Positions 1-9,858 of a stretch of DNA of 64,000 nt are shown here, one piece after another. The position numbers and the translations under genes are program-made. The stretch's first letter is position 1. Every line of letters begins with the position of its first letter. This stretch comes from an uncultured Candidatus Saccharibacteria bacterium (lineage in GTDB: Bacteria > Patescibacteriota > Minisyncoccia > Phycocordibacterales > UBA1006): NCBI GenBank assembly GCA_964601935.1, contig CAZROP010000001.1:275661-339660 (forward strand), written 5' to 3'. The notes under the pieces are model-generated. The model worked only from the letters and a program-made list of their open reading frames with translations, searched no databases and was not told where the DNA came from.

Positions 1-43
1 CTATAACCTCAACTCAGCGCCTACTGATGAACATTCACCTGCA

Positions 44-427
44 ATGCAGGAGATTCTTGCTCAGTTAAAGACTATAAAAGAAGCAATAAATGTCCTGGAT
101 ACTCAGCAGGGTATTGATTTACTTAGTATTAAAATAAATGAGCTGGTGCAACACTTCGAGGATCCTGATAATTATAAACTCTACCTAGAACAATACCCAC
201 AAGTACAGTCTATCATTGAAGAACGAGTGGCAGAAGTCATAAATGTTCTGGGGGGCATGCATCATGCCGAGCACGATCCAGAGAAATTACAAGCCCTCCA
301 CGTTGCTCTAATAGAGGTATGGCAGACCATTATATGGATGCGGATGTTTAGAGATAACAACTATAGCCCCGTTGTTTCTTCAGAGGGGCTAGATGCGACA
401 GCCCCTACAATTATTGAGTCTAACTAA
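44..427 (+). CDS. hypothetical protein (127 aa)
   Basis: Intact ORF followed by a hairpin terminator. No recognisable motif. Confidence 0.45.
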   Translation: MQEILAQLKTIKEAINVLDTQQGIDLLSIKINELVQHFEDPDNYKLYLEQYPQVQSIIEERVAEVINVLGGMHHAEHDPEKLQALHVALIEVWQTIIWMRMFRDNNYSPVVSSEGLDATAPTIIESN

Positions 428-440
428 TAATATACACTAA

Positions 441-467
441 AAACTCCTGCTGGCGCAGGAGTTTTTA
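441..467. terminator. bidirectional rho-independent terminator (aactcctgc-tggc-gcaggagtt plus T-run)
   Basis: Perfect 9-bp stem flanked by A-run and T-run. It lies between the convergent 44..427 (+) and rpmB (-) genes. Confidence 0.6.
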
Positions 468-484
468 GTAGTGGCGATTGATAT

Positions 485-730
485 TTATTTCAATATTCCT
501 GCCTTTCGCAATGTCGCATCTACGCCATTTTTCTTCATGGTGCGCAGAGCACGAGTAGATACCGTCATACGGATAGATTCGCCGAGTTCTGGAACGAATA
601 TCTTTTTCGTCTGCAAATTAGCCCAACGTCGGCGAGCCGGTATAGGGTTATATTTAGTAGCACGTACGCGGTTAGAGTACCCTCCGCCTACCTGAGAATG
701 CTTGCCTGTTATGATGCATACTTTTGCCAT
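485..730 (-). CDS. rpmB: 50S ribosomal protein L28
   Basis: The internal Met MAKVCIITGKHSQVGGGYSNRVRATKYNPIPARRRWANLQTKKIFVPELG matches the L28 family N-terminal signature (MAKVC..TGK). The listed ORF 485..838 extends upstream, but the L28-like start is at 730. Confidence 0.75.
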   Translation of the reverse strand: MAKVCIITGKHSQVGGGYSNRVRATKYNPIPARRRWANLQTKKIFVPELGESIRMTVSTRALRTMKKNGVDATLRKAGILK

Positions 731-763
731 AATAGAATTGATGCTATCATATATTGGTAATCT

Positions 764-1372
764 ATGCAAGACATCTCCCAATCCATTATCTCCCTTGTTA
801 TACTCATTTTCTCTACTGCATTGCACGAGGTGGCGCATGGTCTGGCAGCCCTCTATTTCGGAGATAAAACCGCATTGCGTGCAGGACGACTGTCGCTGAA
901 TCCTTTATCCCATATCGATCCATTTGGATCAGTACTGCTGCCTTTTGCACTGTTTATGCTAGGGTCACCCTTCGTATTCGGCTGGGCAAAGCCTGTACCT
1001 GTAAATCCTGCAAATTTACGCACTAAAAGCGCCTCCGCCTGGGTTGCGCTAGCAGGACCTGTGACCAACCTAGTATTAGCAGGAACAGCGGGACTGGTGA
1101 TGCGGATATGGGGTGCAGGACTGCCGCCAGCATTCCAGCAGTTTTTGCTACTAGTAGTAATTATTAACACGGTACTGATGGTATTCAATATGATTCCATT
1201 GCCGCCATTTGACGGATATCATGTGTTTGGATATCTACTGCGTATTCCATCGCGTGTGTATGACTGGTGTATGCGATATGGGTTCATCATGATTGTTATC
1301 GCAGTATTATTGTTTCAGCGATACTTGGATGGTGTAGTGCTATGGTTCGCGAGAGTATTTGCGGGGGTGTAG
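764..1372 (+). CDS. site-2 protease family (peptidase M50) membrane metalloprotease
   Basis: HEVAHG (HExxH) in a transmembrane segment, plus NMIPLPPFDG (the NxxPxxxLDG-like motif of S2P/M50). Confidence 0.7.
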   Translation: MQDISQSIISLVILIFSTALHEVAHGLAALYFGDKTALRAGRLSLNPLSHIDPFGSVLLPFALFMLGSPFVFGWAKPVPVNPANLRTKSASAWVALAGPVTNLVLAGTAGLVMRIWGAGLPPAFQQFLLLVVIINTVLMVFNMIPLPPFDGYHVFGYLLRIPSRVYDWCMRYGFIMIVIAVLLFQRYLDGVVLWFARVFAGV

Positions 1373-1388
1373 TAAGTTTTGTTGGGTA

Positions 1389-1524
1389 GTTTTCCGTCTT
1401 CCTAGCCTCCGAGCTGGGATGTGCAAAATAATGAGCTAGAGCGAATATATTTTGCCATGCAAAGCTCCAGGAGTTAGAAAGATACACAGGGGTGTTATAA
1501 GTATGCTGAATCCTGGAAGACAAA
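1389..1524. repeat. copy 1 of a ~165-bp MITE-like element (3-prime end truncated)
   Basis: Near-identical to 13356..13522 over ttccgtcttcc.agcctccgagctgggatgtgcaaaataatgagc.agagcgaatatattttgccatgcaaagctccag...gaatcctgg. The spurious ORF 1296..1523(-) lies inside it. Confidence 0.6.
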
Positions 1525-1624
1525 CAAAGAAGAACCGCTATACTTCAAGTGCCTCTCTTGATAATATTGGTGAATTGAACAGAGAACACTCGAACAACTA
1601 CTTCGGGAATGGTATACTTTACAC

Positions 1625-2215
1625 ATGGATACTCATCATACATTTCTATTCTTTGGTCGATCAGGATGCGGAAAGGGAACTCAGGCAGGACTCATAAAGC
1701 AACGTCTCGAATCGCAGGGGCGCGAGGTATTGTATATCGAAACAGGGCGCGAATTACGCAGTTTTGCAGAAGAAAAAAATACCACAGCAGAATTAGTTGG
1801 AGAAGTTATGAATAACGGAGATTTTCTTCCTCCGTTTGTGCCGATCTGGATCTGGACCAACGCATTGATTCGAAAGTTTGATAATACACAGGATCTCATA
1901 CTGGACGGGCTGGCGCGACGTCTGCACGAGGCACCAATACTGGATAGCGCTTTACGTTTTTATGGTCGTACCAATGTACATGTGGTTCATATTAATGTAA
2001 CTCCAGCCTGGTCGCGAGAGCGCATGCTGGCACGACAGCGTGCTGACGATAACCCTGATGACGTCGAACGACGCCTCCATGCATTTGAATTGAACGCTTT
2101 ACCAGTACTGGAGTATTTCAAAAATCAGAAGGGCTATGATTATTTCGAAGTAGACGGAATGCAAAGTATTGAGTCAGTGCATCATGATATCGTAGGGCAT
2201 ATATGGGGAGAGTAG
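1625..2215 (+). CDS. adk: adenylate kinase (short form)
   Basis: P-loop FGRSGCGKGTQA, a LILDGLARR NMP-binding region, and a C-terminal DDNPDDVERRLHAFE...LEYF motif typical of Adk. Confidence 0.7.
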   Translation: MDTHHTFLFFGRSGCGKGTQAGLIKQRLESQGREVLYIETGRELRSFAEEKNTTAELVGEVMNNGDFLPPFVPIWIWTNALIRKFDNTQDLILDGLARRLHEAPILDSALRFYGRTNVHVVHINVTPAWSRERMLARQRADDNPDDVERRLHAFELNALPVLEYFKNQKGYDYFEVDGMQSIESVHHDIVGHIWGE

Positions 2216-2256
2216 ACATTATTGTCATCCTGCCAGTTTTGTTGTAGTATCACCTC

Positions 2257-3039
2257 ATGAAGCCTAATATAAAGTCACAGGAAGAGTTAGAGATATTGCG
2301 CGCAGGAGGTGCTCGATTGGGTGCTATTGTAGAGCGTCTGTGTGCCTCTGTGCGTCCTGGCATGACCACATTGGATATCGATAACCAGGCGCGGGAATTA
2401 ATTGCGCAGGTGGGTGGAGAATCTGCCTTTCTAGGATATCGTCCTCATGGCGTCACGCGCCCCTATCCTGCCAGCGTATGTGTATCGATCAATGATGAGG
2501 TGGTACACGGTATTCCTTCTGCCAGTAAAGTATTAGTAGAGGGTGATATAGTAACTATCGATTGTGGGTTACGTTATCAGGGACTATACACAGATCATGC
2601 GGTCACTGTTGCGATCGGAACTATCCCTGAAGCACAACAGAAGTTGGTAGATATATGTCGTGATGCTCTGTATATAGGTATAGATGCCTGCAGTGTTGGT
2701 GCTACGAGCCTGGACCCTGGACGAGATATTCAGCAATTCGTTGCAGGGCGTTATGGCATTGTACGCGAATTGTCAGGGCATGGGGTAGGATATGCGGTAC
2801 ACGAGGACCCATTTGTACCTAATTATGCAATGCGGGGGCGTGGCGCAGTACTGCATCCTGGAATGGTGTTAGCTATAGAACCAATGCTGACCATAGGATC
2901 TGCCAGCGTCATTTTCCTGGACGATGAATATACGGTGGTTACCGAATCAGGAAATAGGGCAGCACATTTCGAGCATACTATTATAGTTACAGCCCAGGGT
3001 CCTGAAATTATTACAGAATCAGGGTTATACGTGTTATAA
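2257..3039 (+). CDS. map: methionine aminopeptidase type I
   Basis: Pita-bread metal-ligand motifs: VHGIP, DIVTIDCG, GHGVG, LAIEPM, FEHTIIVT. Confidence 0.85.
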   Translation: MKPNIKSQEELEILRAGGARLGAIVERLCASVRPGMTTLDIDNQARELIAQVGGESAFLGYRPHGVTRPYPASVCVSINDEVVHGIPSASKVLVEGDIVTIDCGLRYQGLYTDHAVTVAIGTIPEAQQKLVDICRDALYIGIDACSVGATSLDPGRDIQQFVAGRYGIVRELSGHGVGYAVHEDPFVPNYAMRGRGAVLHPGMVLAIEPMLTIGSASVIFLDDEYTVVTESGNRAAHFEHTIIVTAQGPEIITESGLYVL

Positions 3040-3125
3040 TTCAGCAGACCTATCGTGGGTCCTGAAATTATTATTAGAATATAGAATTTTCTATCCTTTG
3101 GGACAATTTAATATCATTTATCTCT

Positions 3126-3860
3126 ATGAGCTCTCTTTCAATCACATCAATATCACAGCAGGTATGGAGTATTTACAAACGTCACTGGAAAGTGCTTTTG
3201 ATTGCATCGCTAATACCGTTCGTTGTTTCTCTACTGCAGCAATTCGTATTCGACTCATCGATCGGAGGATCTGCAGTATCACTTCTCGCAGGCATCCTCG
3301 GGTTCTTGTCCTACGTATATCAAACCTCGTATATTATCAAAGTTCATTCTGGTAGTACTCCAGATTCCAAACAGCATCTGCGAGCAATGAACGTTCGTCA
3401 ACTATGGCGTATACTGCGTACCAATATCTGGATGGGATTTATCATTCTATGGCCCGTGTTTATATTGATTGCTGTTGCCGGTGTACTAGGGTTTGTTATC
3501 ACAAGTGATTCTTTTTCAGGAACTACAGTATCATTGATTGCTATGGGCATAGCAGCTGTTGTAGGTGCGATCATTGCATTTATTCGATCGCTATCATACA
3601 TATTGATGATGTATCTCGCATTCACAACATCCGACAAAGTTCGTACACTCCCCAAGACATCCAAGAACTTTATGCATAATCACAAAATAAAGTTTCTCAA
3701 GCTGGTCTTGTTGCAGGTGGCATTAGGAATTGTCGGTATGCTGACATTTGTCCTGATGCCCGTTGTTCAGTCGCTGATATTTATTTCAATTGTGGTATTT
3801 GCAGAACGAGTGATTGCGCAGCGGCGTGCTCCTCATGCCGAAGTCGTTAATCCAGAATAA
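3126..3860 (+). CDS. hypothetical polytopic membrane protein
   Basis: Several hydrophobic helices. Followed by a terminator. Confidence 0.5.
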   Translation: MSSLSITSISQQVWSIYKRHWKVLLIASLIPFVVSLLQQFVFDSSIGGSAVSLLAGILGFLSYVYQTSYIIKVHSGSTPDSKQHLRAMNVRQLWRILRTNIWMGFIILWPVFILIAVAGVLGFVITSDSFSGTTVSLIAMGIAAVVGAIIAFIRSLSYILMMYLAFTTSDKVRTLPKTSKNFMHNHKIKFLKLVLLQVALGIVGMLTFVLMPVVQSLIFISIVVFAERVIAQRRAPHAEVVNPE

Positions 3861-3885
3861 TTACAATCTATTGCTCTCTATAATA

Positions 3886-3918
3886 AAACACCCGGAGTTT
3901 TGTTCCGGGTGTTTTATT
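3886..3918. terminator. bidirectional rho-independent terminator (cacccgga-gttttgt-tccgggtg plus T-run)
   Basis: Inverted repeat flanked by A-run and T-run, between convergent genes. Confidence 0.6.
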
Positions 3919-3936
3919 ATTGTCTTTATCTCCGAT

Positions 3937-6645
3937 CTACTGAATTGTAATAGGTACTTCAGTTATTGTTTTGTTCCAGATTTGGTCTGCTACGATTATG
4001 CGCAAGGTCGCGGGTCCAGGAGTTGTTTCTGGTATCGAGAATGTGATGACGCCGGATACAGTATTAGATTGTGTTACTAATTCATCGTTTATAAATACCT
4101 GTATCGATTGCAATGGGTAGTTTGCTGTTGTCTGATACTGCAAGGTTGTTTCCGTGTCACTGGATAATGGGCCCGGTAGCGGAGCAACTGATACTACGGG
4201 TAAATTGGCCTGAATGTGTACGTTGTCGTACTCGGTAGGTTTTACTGTCGCTGCCGTGGGTACTTTGTCTCCGTTTTTGGCAACCCACTTTTTGACTCCA
4301 TAGCTCCAGTTACGATACATGTGACTGGAGAGGTCACCAATGCCTCCGCGTGCATTACCGGGAGTGACGTAGGCGAGGATAGTATCTGTCGTGCCGAGTA
4401 CATATTCCTTGCGTGTTTCGACAGGCGTCATATCTGTTGCAAGTTTTCCTGATACTGTGTCAACGGTAAATGCATCATTGCCATACCAGTATCCTCGCAG
4501 TACTGCAGGTAGCGTAGGATCAGGTGGGGCAGGTGGAACGAACGAGGTGCGAGCCCCTATATTTTTCAGACTTTCTGTCATCACATCACGCCAGAGTGGT
4601 ATAGCGATCGAGGAGCCTTTTTTCATCGGAGTGTTGTCATTATTTCCAACCCATACGCCAACCGCAACATCGGGGGTGTATCCCATGAGCCACGCGTCAC
4701 GATTGTTGTTGGTAGTACCTGTTTTCGCAGCAACCGGTACCCCAAATCCGTTTAGGGCGTTTCCTGACAATGGACGCCGCGCCTCTGGGTCTGAAAGTAT
4801 TGACGATAGCATGCGTGCTGCCTCGGCAGATACTGCTTGTACAGCGCGTGGAGTATAGCTAAATAGAACTTTATCATCCGCTTTTGACTGGATTTTCAGG
4901 ATGCCATGCGCAGGGGTATAGATACCATCAGCAGCAAATGCAGCATATGCTGCCGTCAGATCCAGTGGACGAACTTCACCGCCTCCCAGCACGAGAGAAA
5001 GTCCGTACAGACCGGTAGAGCCCAGTGACTGCATACCGAGAGTCTTTGCAAGCTGCAGTGCACGCGTAGGAGTTACGAGGTAGAGTAATTTCACAGCAGG
5101 AATGTTGCGTGATTCTGCTAATGCTGTGCGTAGAGAAATAGGTCCACGGAATGCACCATCATAGTTGTCGGGTGCGTAACATGAGCCGTCTTTTGACGTG
5201 GTGATATTCGATGGCTCGCATCCTGTGCCGAACTGTGTTGCAACATCGAATAGCACAGTATCAGGATTATAGCCCATTTCAAACGCTGCTGCGTATACGA
5301 TTGATTTAAATGCTGATCCAGGTTGTCGTTTCGCTAGGGTGACATTGTATTTACCATCTACATTCTCATCTTCGTATCCTCGTGATCCTACCATTGCTAA
5401 TATGTCACCCGTGCGAGGTTGTATTACGGTAACGGCTGCGTTCGATGCGTTGTACGCTGCTTCGTTTTCGAGTGCGCGCTTTGCTGCAGACTCTTCTGCA
5501 ACTTTTTGGATATCCCAATCTAGAGTTGTGATAACTTTGAATCCACCTGTAGTCATTGCCTCTGATCCATACTGTCGTTCAATTTGCTGGCGTACGTACT
5601 CTACAAAATGCAGCGCCTTCGAATCATTGTCTTTTTTCTCTATGAATACTACGCGTTCGGTAATCGCAGCAGAATATTCTGCTGATGTTATCAATTTGTT
5701 CTGTAACATTTCTTTTAGCACATAGTTTTTTCGATACTCTAATTCTTCACGGTGTTTTCCGTACGGTGATAGATATGAAGGACGATTTACAATAGCTGCC
5801 AAATACGCTGCCTGTGCAGTTGTGAGATCAGTCGCAGTAGTATTAAAGAAGTGGCGTGCTGCAGCCTCGACCCCGTAAATGTTTCCTCCAAAAGGAACTT
5901 CATTGAGATAGATCGTGAGAATCTCATCCTTGTCATAGACCTGTTCCAATTTGGTTGCGAGAATCCATTCTTTTACTTTGCGAACTATACTATGGTCCGA
6001 TGTCAGGATGGTATTTTTTAACACCTGTTGGGTGATAGTTGATCCACCTGATCCGCGTACCGGCAACCCGAGTTTTGCGAGAACAGTATTGGTTGCACCG
6101 CGCAGAGTTGAGTCAATACGTACACCTTTGTGTTCATAAAATTTTGTATCTTCTGCCGCAACGACAGCTTTCTTCATAACAGGTGCTATTTTTTCTGATT
6201 TTACCTCGGTGCGTTCCGCGGATTCAACTACGTCATACAGAATGATTTCGCCAGTACGATCGTATATAGTTGTACTATTGGATGACGCACGTTCCTGGAA
6301 TGTAGTGAGACTGGGTATTGATAGCGTAGACATCCATATTGCTGCAGAGCCCATTCCAACCAGGCTGACAGCACCGAGTGTAGGCCAAAACCACGGTTCA
6401 GATTTATGAGTGGACTTTGCATCTTTCACAAATGCGCGTTTGCGCTGTAGTAATGATTCTAGAGTTGACCCGCGTTTTCGTGGCGAGACTGACTCCCAAT
6501 TTGGACTCGTAAAGTCAGATGGGTTGTGTAGTGAATTGTTGCGTACATTGTTCATAAGTGTAATAGTACAAGTATACAGGAATAGTGTAGAAATATCACG
6601 CTCTTGGTAGGGTGTAGTTGTGTCAACTTCCGTATGGTCTGTCAT
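3937..6645 (-). CDS. class A penicillin-binding protein (transglycosylase/transpeptidase) with ~240-aa C-terminal extension
   Basis: GT51 motifs EDTKFYEHKGV and GGSTITQQVLKN. Transpeptidase SxxK (PGSAFKSIVYAAA). An N-terminal TM segment. The start is placed at the Met (6645) just downstream of the hairpin. The alternative upstream start at 6765 would overlap the neighbouring gene by 62 nt. Confidence 0.8.
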   Translation of the reverse strand: MTDHTEVDTTTPYQERDISTLFLYTCTITLMNNVRNNSLHNPSDFTSPNWESVSPRKRGSTLESLLQRKRAFVKDAKSTHKSEPWFWPTLGAVSLVGMGSAAIWMSTLSIPSLTTFQERASSNSTTIYDRTGEIILYDVVESAERTEVKSEKIAPVMKKAVVAAEDTKFYEHKGVRIDSTLRGATNTVLAKLGLPVRGSGGSTITQQVLKNTILTSDHSIVRKVKEWILATKLEQVYDKDEILTIYLNEVPFGGNIYGVEAAARHFFNTTATDLTTAQAAYLAAIVNRPSYLSPYGKHREELEYRKNYVLKEMLQNKLITSAEYSAAITERVVFIEKKDNDSKALHFVEYVRQQIERQYGSEAMTTGGFKVITTLDWDIQKVAEESAAKRALENEAAYNASNAAVTVIQPRTGDILAMVGSRGYEDENVDGKYNVTLAKRQPGSAFKSIVYAAAFEMGYNPDTVLFDVATQFGTGCEPSNITTSKDGSCYAPDNYDGAFRGPISLRTALAESRNIPAVKLLYLVTPTRALQLAKTLGMQSLGSTGLYGLSLVLGGGEVRPLDLTAAYAAFAADGIYTPAHGILKIQSKADDKVLFSYTPRAVQAVSAEAARMLSSILSDPEARRPLSGNALNGFGVPVAAKTGTTNNNRDAWLMGYTPDVAVGVWVGNNDNTPMKKGSSIAIPLWRDVMTESLKNIGARTSFVPPAPPDPTLPAVLRGYWYGNDAFTVDTVSGKLATDMTPVETRKEYVLGTTDTILAYVTPGNARGGIGDLSSHMYRNWSYGVKKWVAKNGDKVPTAATVKPTEYDNVHIQANLPVVSVAPLPGPLSSDTETTLQYQTTANYPLQSIQVFINDELVTQSNTVSGVITFSIPETTPGPATLRIIVADQIWNKTITEVPITIQ

Positions 6646-6648
6646 TAA

Positions 6649-6691
6649 AATAACCTCTCGATTGCTGTGCAATCGAGAGGTTATTTTTTGG
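6649..6691. promoter_or_regulatory. perfect 15-bp-stem hairpin immediately upstream of the PBP start codon
   Basis: ataacctctcgattg-ctgtg-caatcgagaggttat followed by TTTTTT on the + strand and TTTTAATG on the - strand. The GAGAGG Shine-Dalgarno-like sequence of the PBP gene lies inside the stem. Confidence 0.45.
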
Positions 6692-6703
6692 AGATGCAGA
6701 CAA

Positions 6704-7153
6704 TTATATTGCTTCGGTTCCGCTGCCAGATGTTGTATCCCCTGCAGTTTCTGCTCGGCCGCCACGGCACTGGCCTGTCGATGATTTGTAGGTTGCCCAT
6801 GCCTTTTGACGGGCAGACTTTAGTTCATTGTGGTTGGCTCTGCTCGCGGTGCGATGGGCGCTCCACACTACTTTACGTGCATCGGTACGTTCGCGTGCAG
6901 TACCGCGAGACAGAGCCTCGATAAGCCCAGTTTTGCGAGCTGCCAGTAACTGGGTCTGAGTCTGGGTGAATTTTGCAAAAGCACCCGCTAGAGCATCTTC
7001 GCGAATAGTAAGGGCGGTTGCAACACACGTTTGATCGAATGTTGTCTGGGTCTGGGCAGAAGAGTTGCTGTTAACCTTGTCGTTCAGCTGTGCAAATGAT
7101 GCCACAGGAACAGTAATAACAATGAGCAGGGCAACAGAAATTGATGTTTTCAT
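6704..7153 (-). CDS. hypothetical secreted protein (signal peptide)
   Basis: N-terminal MKTSISVALLIVITVPVASFAQ signal-like segment. Low complexity. Confidence 0.45.
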   Translation of the reverse strand: MKTSISVALLIVITVPVASFAQLNDKVNSNSSAQTQTTFDQTCVATALTIREDALAGAFAKFTQTQTQLLAARKTGLIEALSRGTARERTDARKVVWSAHRTASRANHNELKSARQKAWATYKSSTGQCRGGRAETAGDTTSGSGTEAI

Positions 7154-7320
7154 AGATACTTTGAATGGATAACAGATTATGTAATTCTACTAATAAACCT
7201 AGTATACGCCTATTTTGGGAAAACGGCACTAGACAATAACTTCACAGGTGTGGATAATCTGTCTAATAAGCGGCTTTTGCTAGGTATTCCAAGACTCTTT
7301 AACGTCCCTGAGCTGAGATC

Positions 7321-7842
7321 TTATTTTCGATGATGCGCAAAATGGGTAATTCCTATAGCTATTGCATCGATTTCGTCGTCGATACCTGTCGAGGTGCCGC
7401 CCATAGCTTTTTGCCGGGCTATACGGTCAAATTGGATGATTTTTTCAGTCATATAGGCTACCGAGTCCTTTGTTGCGCGACCATCGCCTGTGAGAGAGAT
7501 TTTGACCTGTAGAGGCGTGTATTCGTATACAGGTATACCAGAACACATGGCAGCATATTTAATGACTCCACGCGCTTCTGATACACCCATGACAGTTTTT
7601 TGATTAGTAGTGAAAAATACCGTTTCAATAGCGAGGGCGGTAGGCGAGTATTCGTGAATTAATGCAGTAATGCGCTTGCCTATAGCCAGTATTCGTTGAT
7701 CCAGTGAGGCTGATTTGTCCGTGGTAAAGCATTCAGAGTATATCAATGTTTCGCGCCCCTGAATCCTGTTCAGAATAGCAATCCCTACACGATCATATCC
7801 AGGGTCTACTGAAATAATAGTAGTGTCCATAGAGGGTATCAT
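7321..7842 (-). CDS. ruvC: Holliday junction resolvase RuvC
   Basis: IISVDPGYDRVGIAIL (the GIDPG-like RuvC start). The overall RuvC length fits. Confidence 0.8.
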   Translation of the reverse strand: MIPSMDTTIISVDPGYDRVGIAILNRIQGRETLIYSECFTTDKSASLDQRILAIGKRITALIHEYSPTALAIETVFFTTNQKTVMGVSEARGVIKYAAMCSGIPVYEYTPLQVKISLTGDGRATKDSVAYMTEKIIQFDRIARQKAMGGTSTGIDDEIDAIAIGITHFAHHRK

Positions 7843-7931
7843 AGCATATTCAAGAGTGGCGTCTTTTAGTCTGGATATACAAAAATTCCCTTCCTCTGCA
7901 ATGGGAAGGGAATTTTCTGGGTGAATAGAAA

Positions 7932-8753
7932 TTAGCTTTTTATCTCTACACTCTTTGGTCCGAAGAATTTATTCATTACTCTTTTGATTGCATTGGGTTT
8001 TTTCGGGTGCTGTGCGTTAGGGAGAGTTTTTGCTAGTTCAGTTTTGGCTGACTCCAAAGAAGTTTTAAAAGTATCTTCTATCTTTTTTGTTTCTGTCTGA
8101 TGTAAATCACGGAGTTTCTTTACTTCGTCAGGTATAGTTTTGTCCTGGCGGATATCGCGGAATGAAGAATGCGCTGACTCCATTGTTTTTTTGAGTTCAG
8201 CCTTTACTGTTGCTGATGCTACGCCTGATGCACAGTCAGCTTTTGCCTTTGCGAGTGCTGCATCGAGTTTAACTTTCAAATCACTGATGCCAGTAGTTGT
8301 AAGACCTGTTTTTTCTTTGACCTTCGCATCTACTCGTGCGCGCTCTTGCGCAGTTAGTGTATCCACTGCTATTCGCTTTGCTGTTTCAGCTGCAGTCACC
8401 TGGGTGATGAATGTTTCTACGGCTGTTTTCTCTGCGTCGGTCGTTGCCTGTGCGCGAAGAGCTTCGAATCTCTTTGTTAAGTCATTGTTACGCTGCTCAT
8501 GGTTTTCTGACTTTATATCATCTTTTTTCTGGTGTTTATCGTCACGTTTTTCAGAGTGTTCTTGCGATTTTGTATCTACTTTTGTACTAATCTTACCGAG
8601 CATGCTGTCTTTTAATTCAGTGATTTTTGTGATGTTTGTACAGAAATCCCCCTTTGATAATTCAGTAGGTAGGGAAGGGCGTGGTTCTGCAAATGCAATA
8701 GGGCTGATGATGGCTGTTAATACAAATCCTGTAATGATACGAGTTGTTTTCAT
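7932..8753 (-). CDS. hypothetical secreted coiled-coil protein
   Basis: A signal peptide, then a K/E/A-rich helical sequence. Confidence 0.5.
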   Translation of the reverse strand: MKTTRIITGFVLTAIISPIAFAEPRPSLPTELSKGDFCTNITKITELKDSMLGKISTKVDTKSQEHSEKRDDKHQKKDDIKSENHEQRNNDLTKRFEALRAQATTDAEKTAVETFITQVTAAETAKRIAVDTLTAQERARVDAKVKEKTGLTTTGISDLKVKLDAALAKAKADCASGVASATVKAELKKTMESAHSSFRDIRQDKTIPDEVKKLRDLHQTETKKIEDTFKTSLESAKTELAKTLPNAQHPKKPNAIKRVMNKFFGPKSVEIKS

Positions 8754-8785
8754 AAGTGCTTGATTATTTTTTATTAGACGAAAGA

Positions 8786-9193
8786 CTATAGTATTCCATT
8801 CAGGGATACTGTATCAGTATACACGAGATCAGATACTGTTTGTAGTTGATTAATAATAACTGCTGTATCGTCCCATAACTCTGTATTAGTGGAGTGTGAG
8901 GTACTGTTGCTAATAATACTATCCGCACTAGATAATAACGGGTTGTCAGTCGTAGATGTGTATATCAGAGATGATCCAGTTGCGATCAGTACCAGGCAAA
9001 GCGTTGTCACAAATGTGAGCCGACGAATACGAATGATAGAACGATAGGGGGACAGGCGTGGCAGTACACCAGCCTCATTACTATCACGGATAGTAGCAGG
9101 ATTTGTGACAGACTCCATGATGCGCGATTTCAGATGTTCTGGTGCGCGCACTAACTGCGAGGTCTGTTTAATACGGGAGGTAATTGATTCCAT
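8786..9193 (-). CDS. putative membrane anti-sigma factor
   Basis: Lies immediately downstream of the ECF sigma gene and overlaps it. A cytoplasmic N-terminus is followed by one TM (FVTTLCLVLIATG). The start is uncertain: an alternative Met is at 9118. Confidence 0.4.
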   Translation of the reverse strand: MESITSRIKQTSQLVRAPEHLKSRIMESVTNPATIRDSNEAGVLPRLSPYRSIIRIRRLTFVTTLCLVLIATGSSLIYTSTTDNPLLSSADSIISNSTSHSTNTELWDDTAVIINQLQTVSDLVYTDTVSLNGIL

Positions 9194-9695
9194 ACTTTGA
9201 TTGAAATAATTGTTTTACTTTTTGTAATGCTCGGCTGTGAATTTTTCTAATAGTTGGTTCGGGTTTGTGCAGTTGTCGTGATAATTCAGAATAGGAAAGG
9301 TCGTTAATGCTGTGTCCTATGATGATGGCGCGGTCAGTATCGGGTAATTGCTGCAGCATCTCTATTAACTGCTCTATATTGCGCTGCTTATGTGCTAGCT
9401 CGTCAGAGGTATCTGCATCAGATGCTAGATCGCATGCGTTGATATCAACAGGAATAATACGGGATCGTCGTCGGTAATAGTCGGTTATCAGATTGCGGGC
9501 AATGGTGTACAGTGCGCGTATACGGTGTTCGTCAGACTCGTAGGTCTCCCAGCGGGTGTGAACACGTACATAGGATTCCTGGGCGATATCACTGGCCACG
9601 TCACTATTGCCTGTCTTGAAGAGAATATGTCGGTATAATCCGTCACTGCTACGGTCGTAGAAGGATTCAAACTCTGATAACTGGCGTGTATCCAT
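9168..9695 (-). CDS. RNA polymerase sigma-70 factor, ECF subfamily
   Basis: Sigma region 2 (DIAQESYVRVH...) and a region 4 HTH (LSYSELSRQLHKPEPTIRKIHSRALQKV). Confidence 0.75.
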   Translation of the reverse strand: MDTRQLSEFESFYDRSSDGLYRHILFKTGNSDVASDIAQESYVRVHTRWETYESDEHRIRALYTIARNLITDYYRRRSRIIPVDINACDLASDADTSDELAHKQRNIEQLIEMLQQLPDTDRAIIIGHSINDLSYSELSRQLHKPEPTIRKIHSRALQKVKQLFQSKYGINYLPY

Positions 9696-9761
9696 GTGGA
9701 TAGATTATATCATAGGAGGGTTGTTGTATAGGGATCGTCATAGGATGGATACTATTTCCAC

Positions 9762-9788
9762 TAAAAAAACTACGCAGAAATGCGTAGT
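9762..9788 (-). terminator. rho-independent terminator downstream of ruvB
   Basis: On the minus strand: ctacgca-tttc-tgcgtag followed by TTTTTTT. Confidence 0.5.
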
Positions 9789-9813
9789 GTGTGACACGGT
9801 TTACTTTTTCACA

Positions 9814-9855
9814 GGCGACTCCTCTTCTAGCCAGAGGGGGAAGACCGAAAGAGGT
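9814..9855. repeat. short repeat family B copy (gcgactcctc...ctagccagagggggaagaccgaaa)
   Basis: Shares its flanks with 15807..15856. Confidence 0.4.
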
Positions 9856-9858
9856 CAA

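Noticed and set aside
485-838. Full 117-aa extent of the L28 ORF
   Set aside because: Only the last 81 aa, from MAKVC, match L28. The upstream 36 codons overlap the divergent M50 protease promoter region.
1296-1523. ORF 1296..1523(-) and ORFs 13276..13548(-) and 13350..13622(-) with related translations
   Set aside because: They lie entirely within copies of the MITE-like repeat. The similarity between their translations is explained by the repeated DNA, not by a protein family.
2999-3074. 16-bp direct repeat ggtcctgaaattatta at the end of map and 45 bp downstream
   Set aside because: A single short duplication across the stop codon. Most likely a small tandem duplication or slippage remnant with no evident function.
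8140-8763. 207-aa ORF on + strand
   Set aside because: Antisense to the better-supported secreted coiled-coil gene 7932..8753. The Ser/Ala/Val-rich translation is typical of antisense frames.
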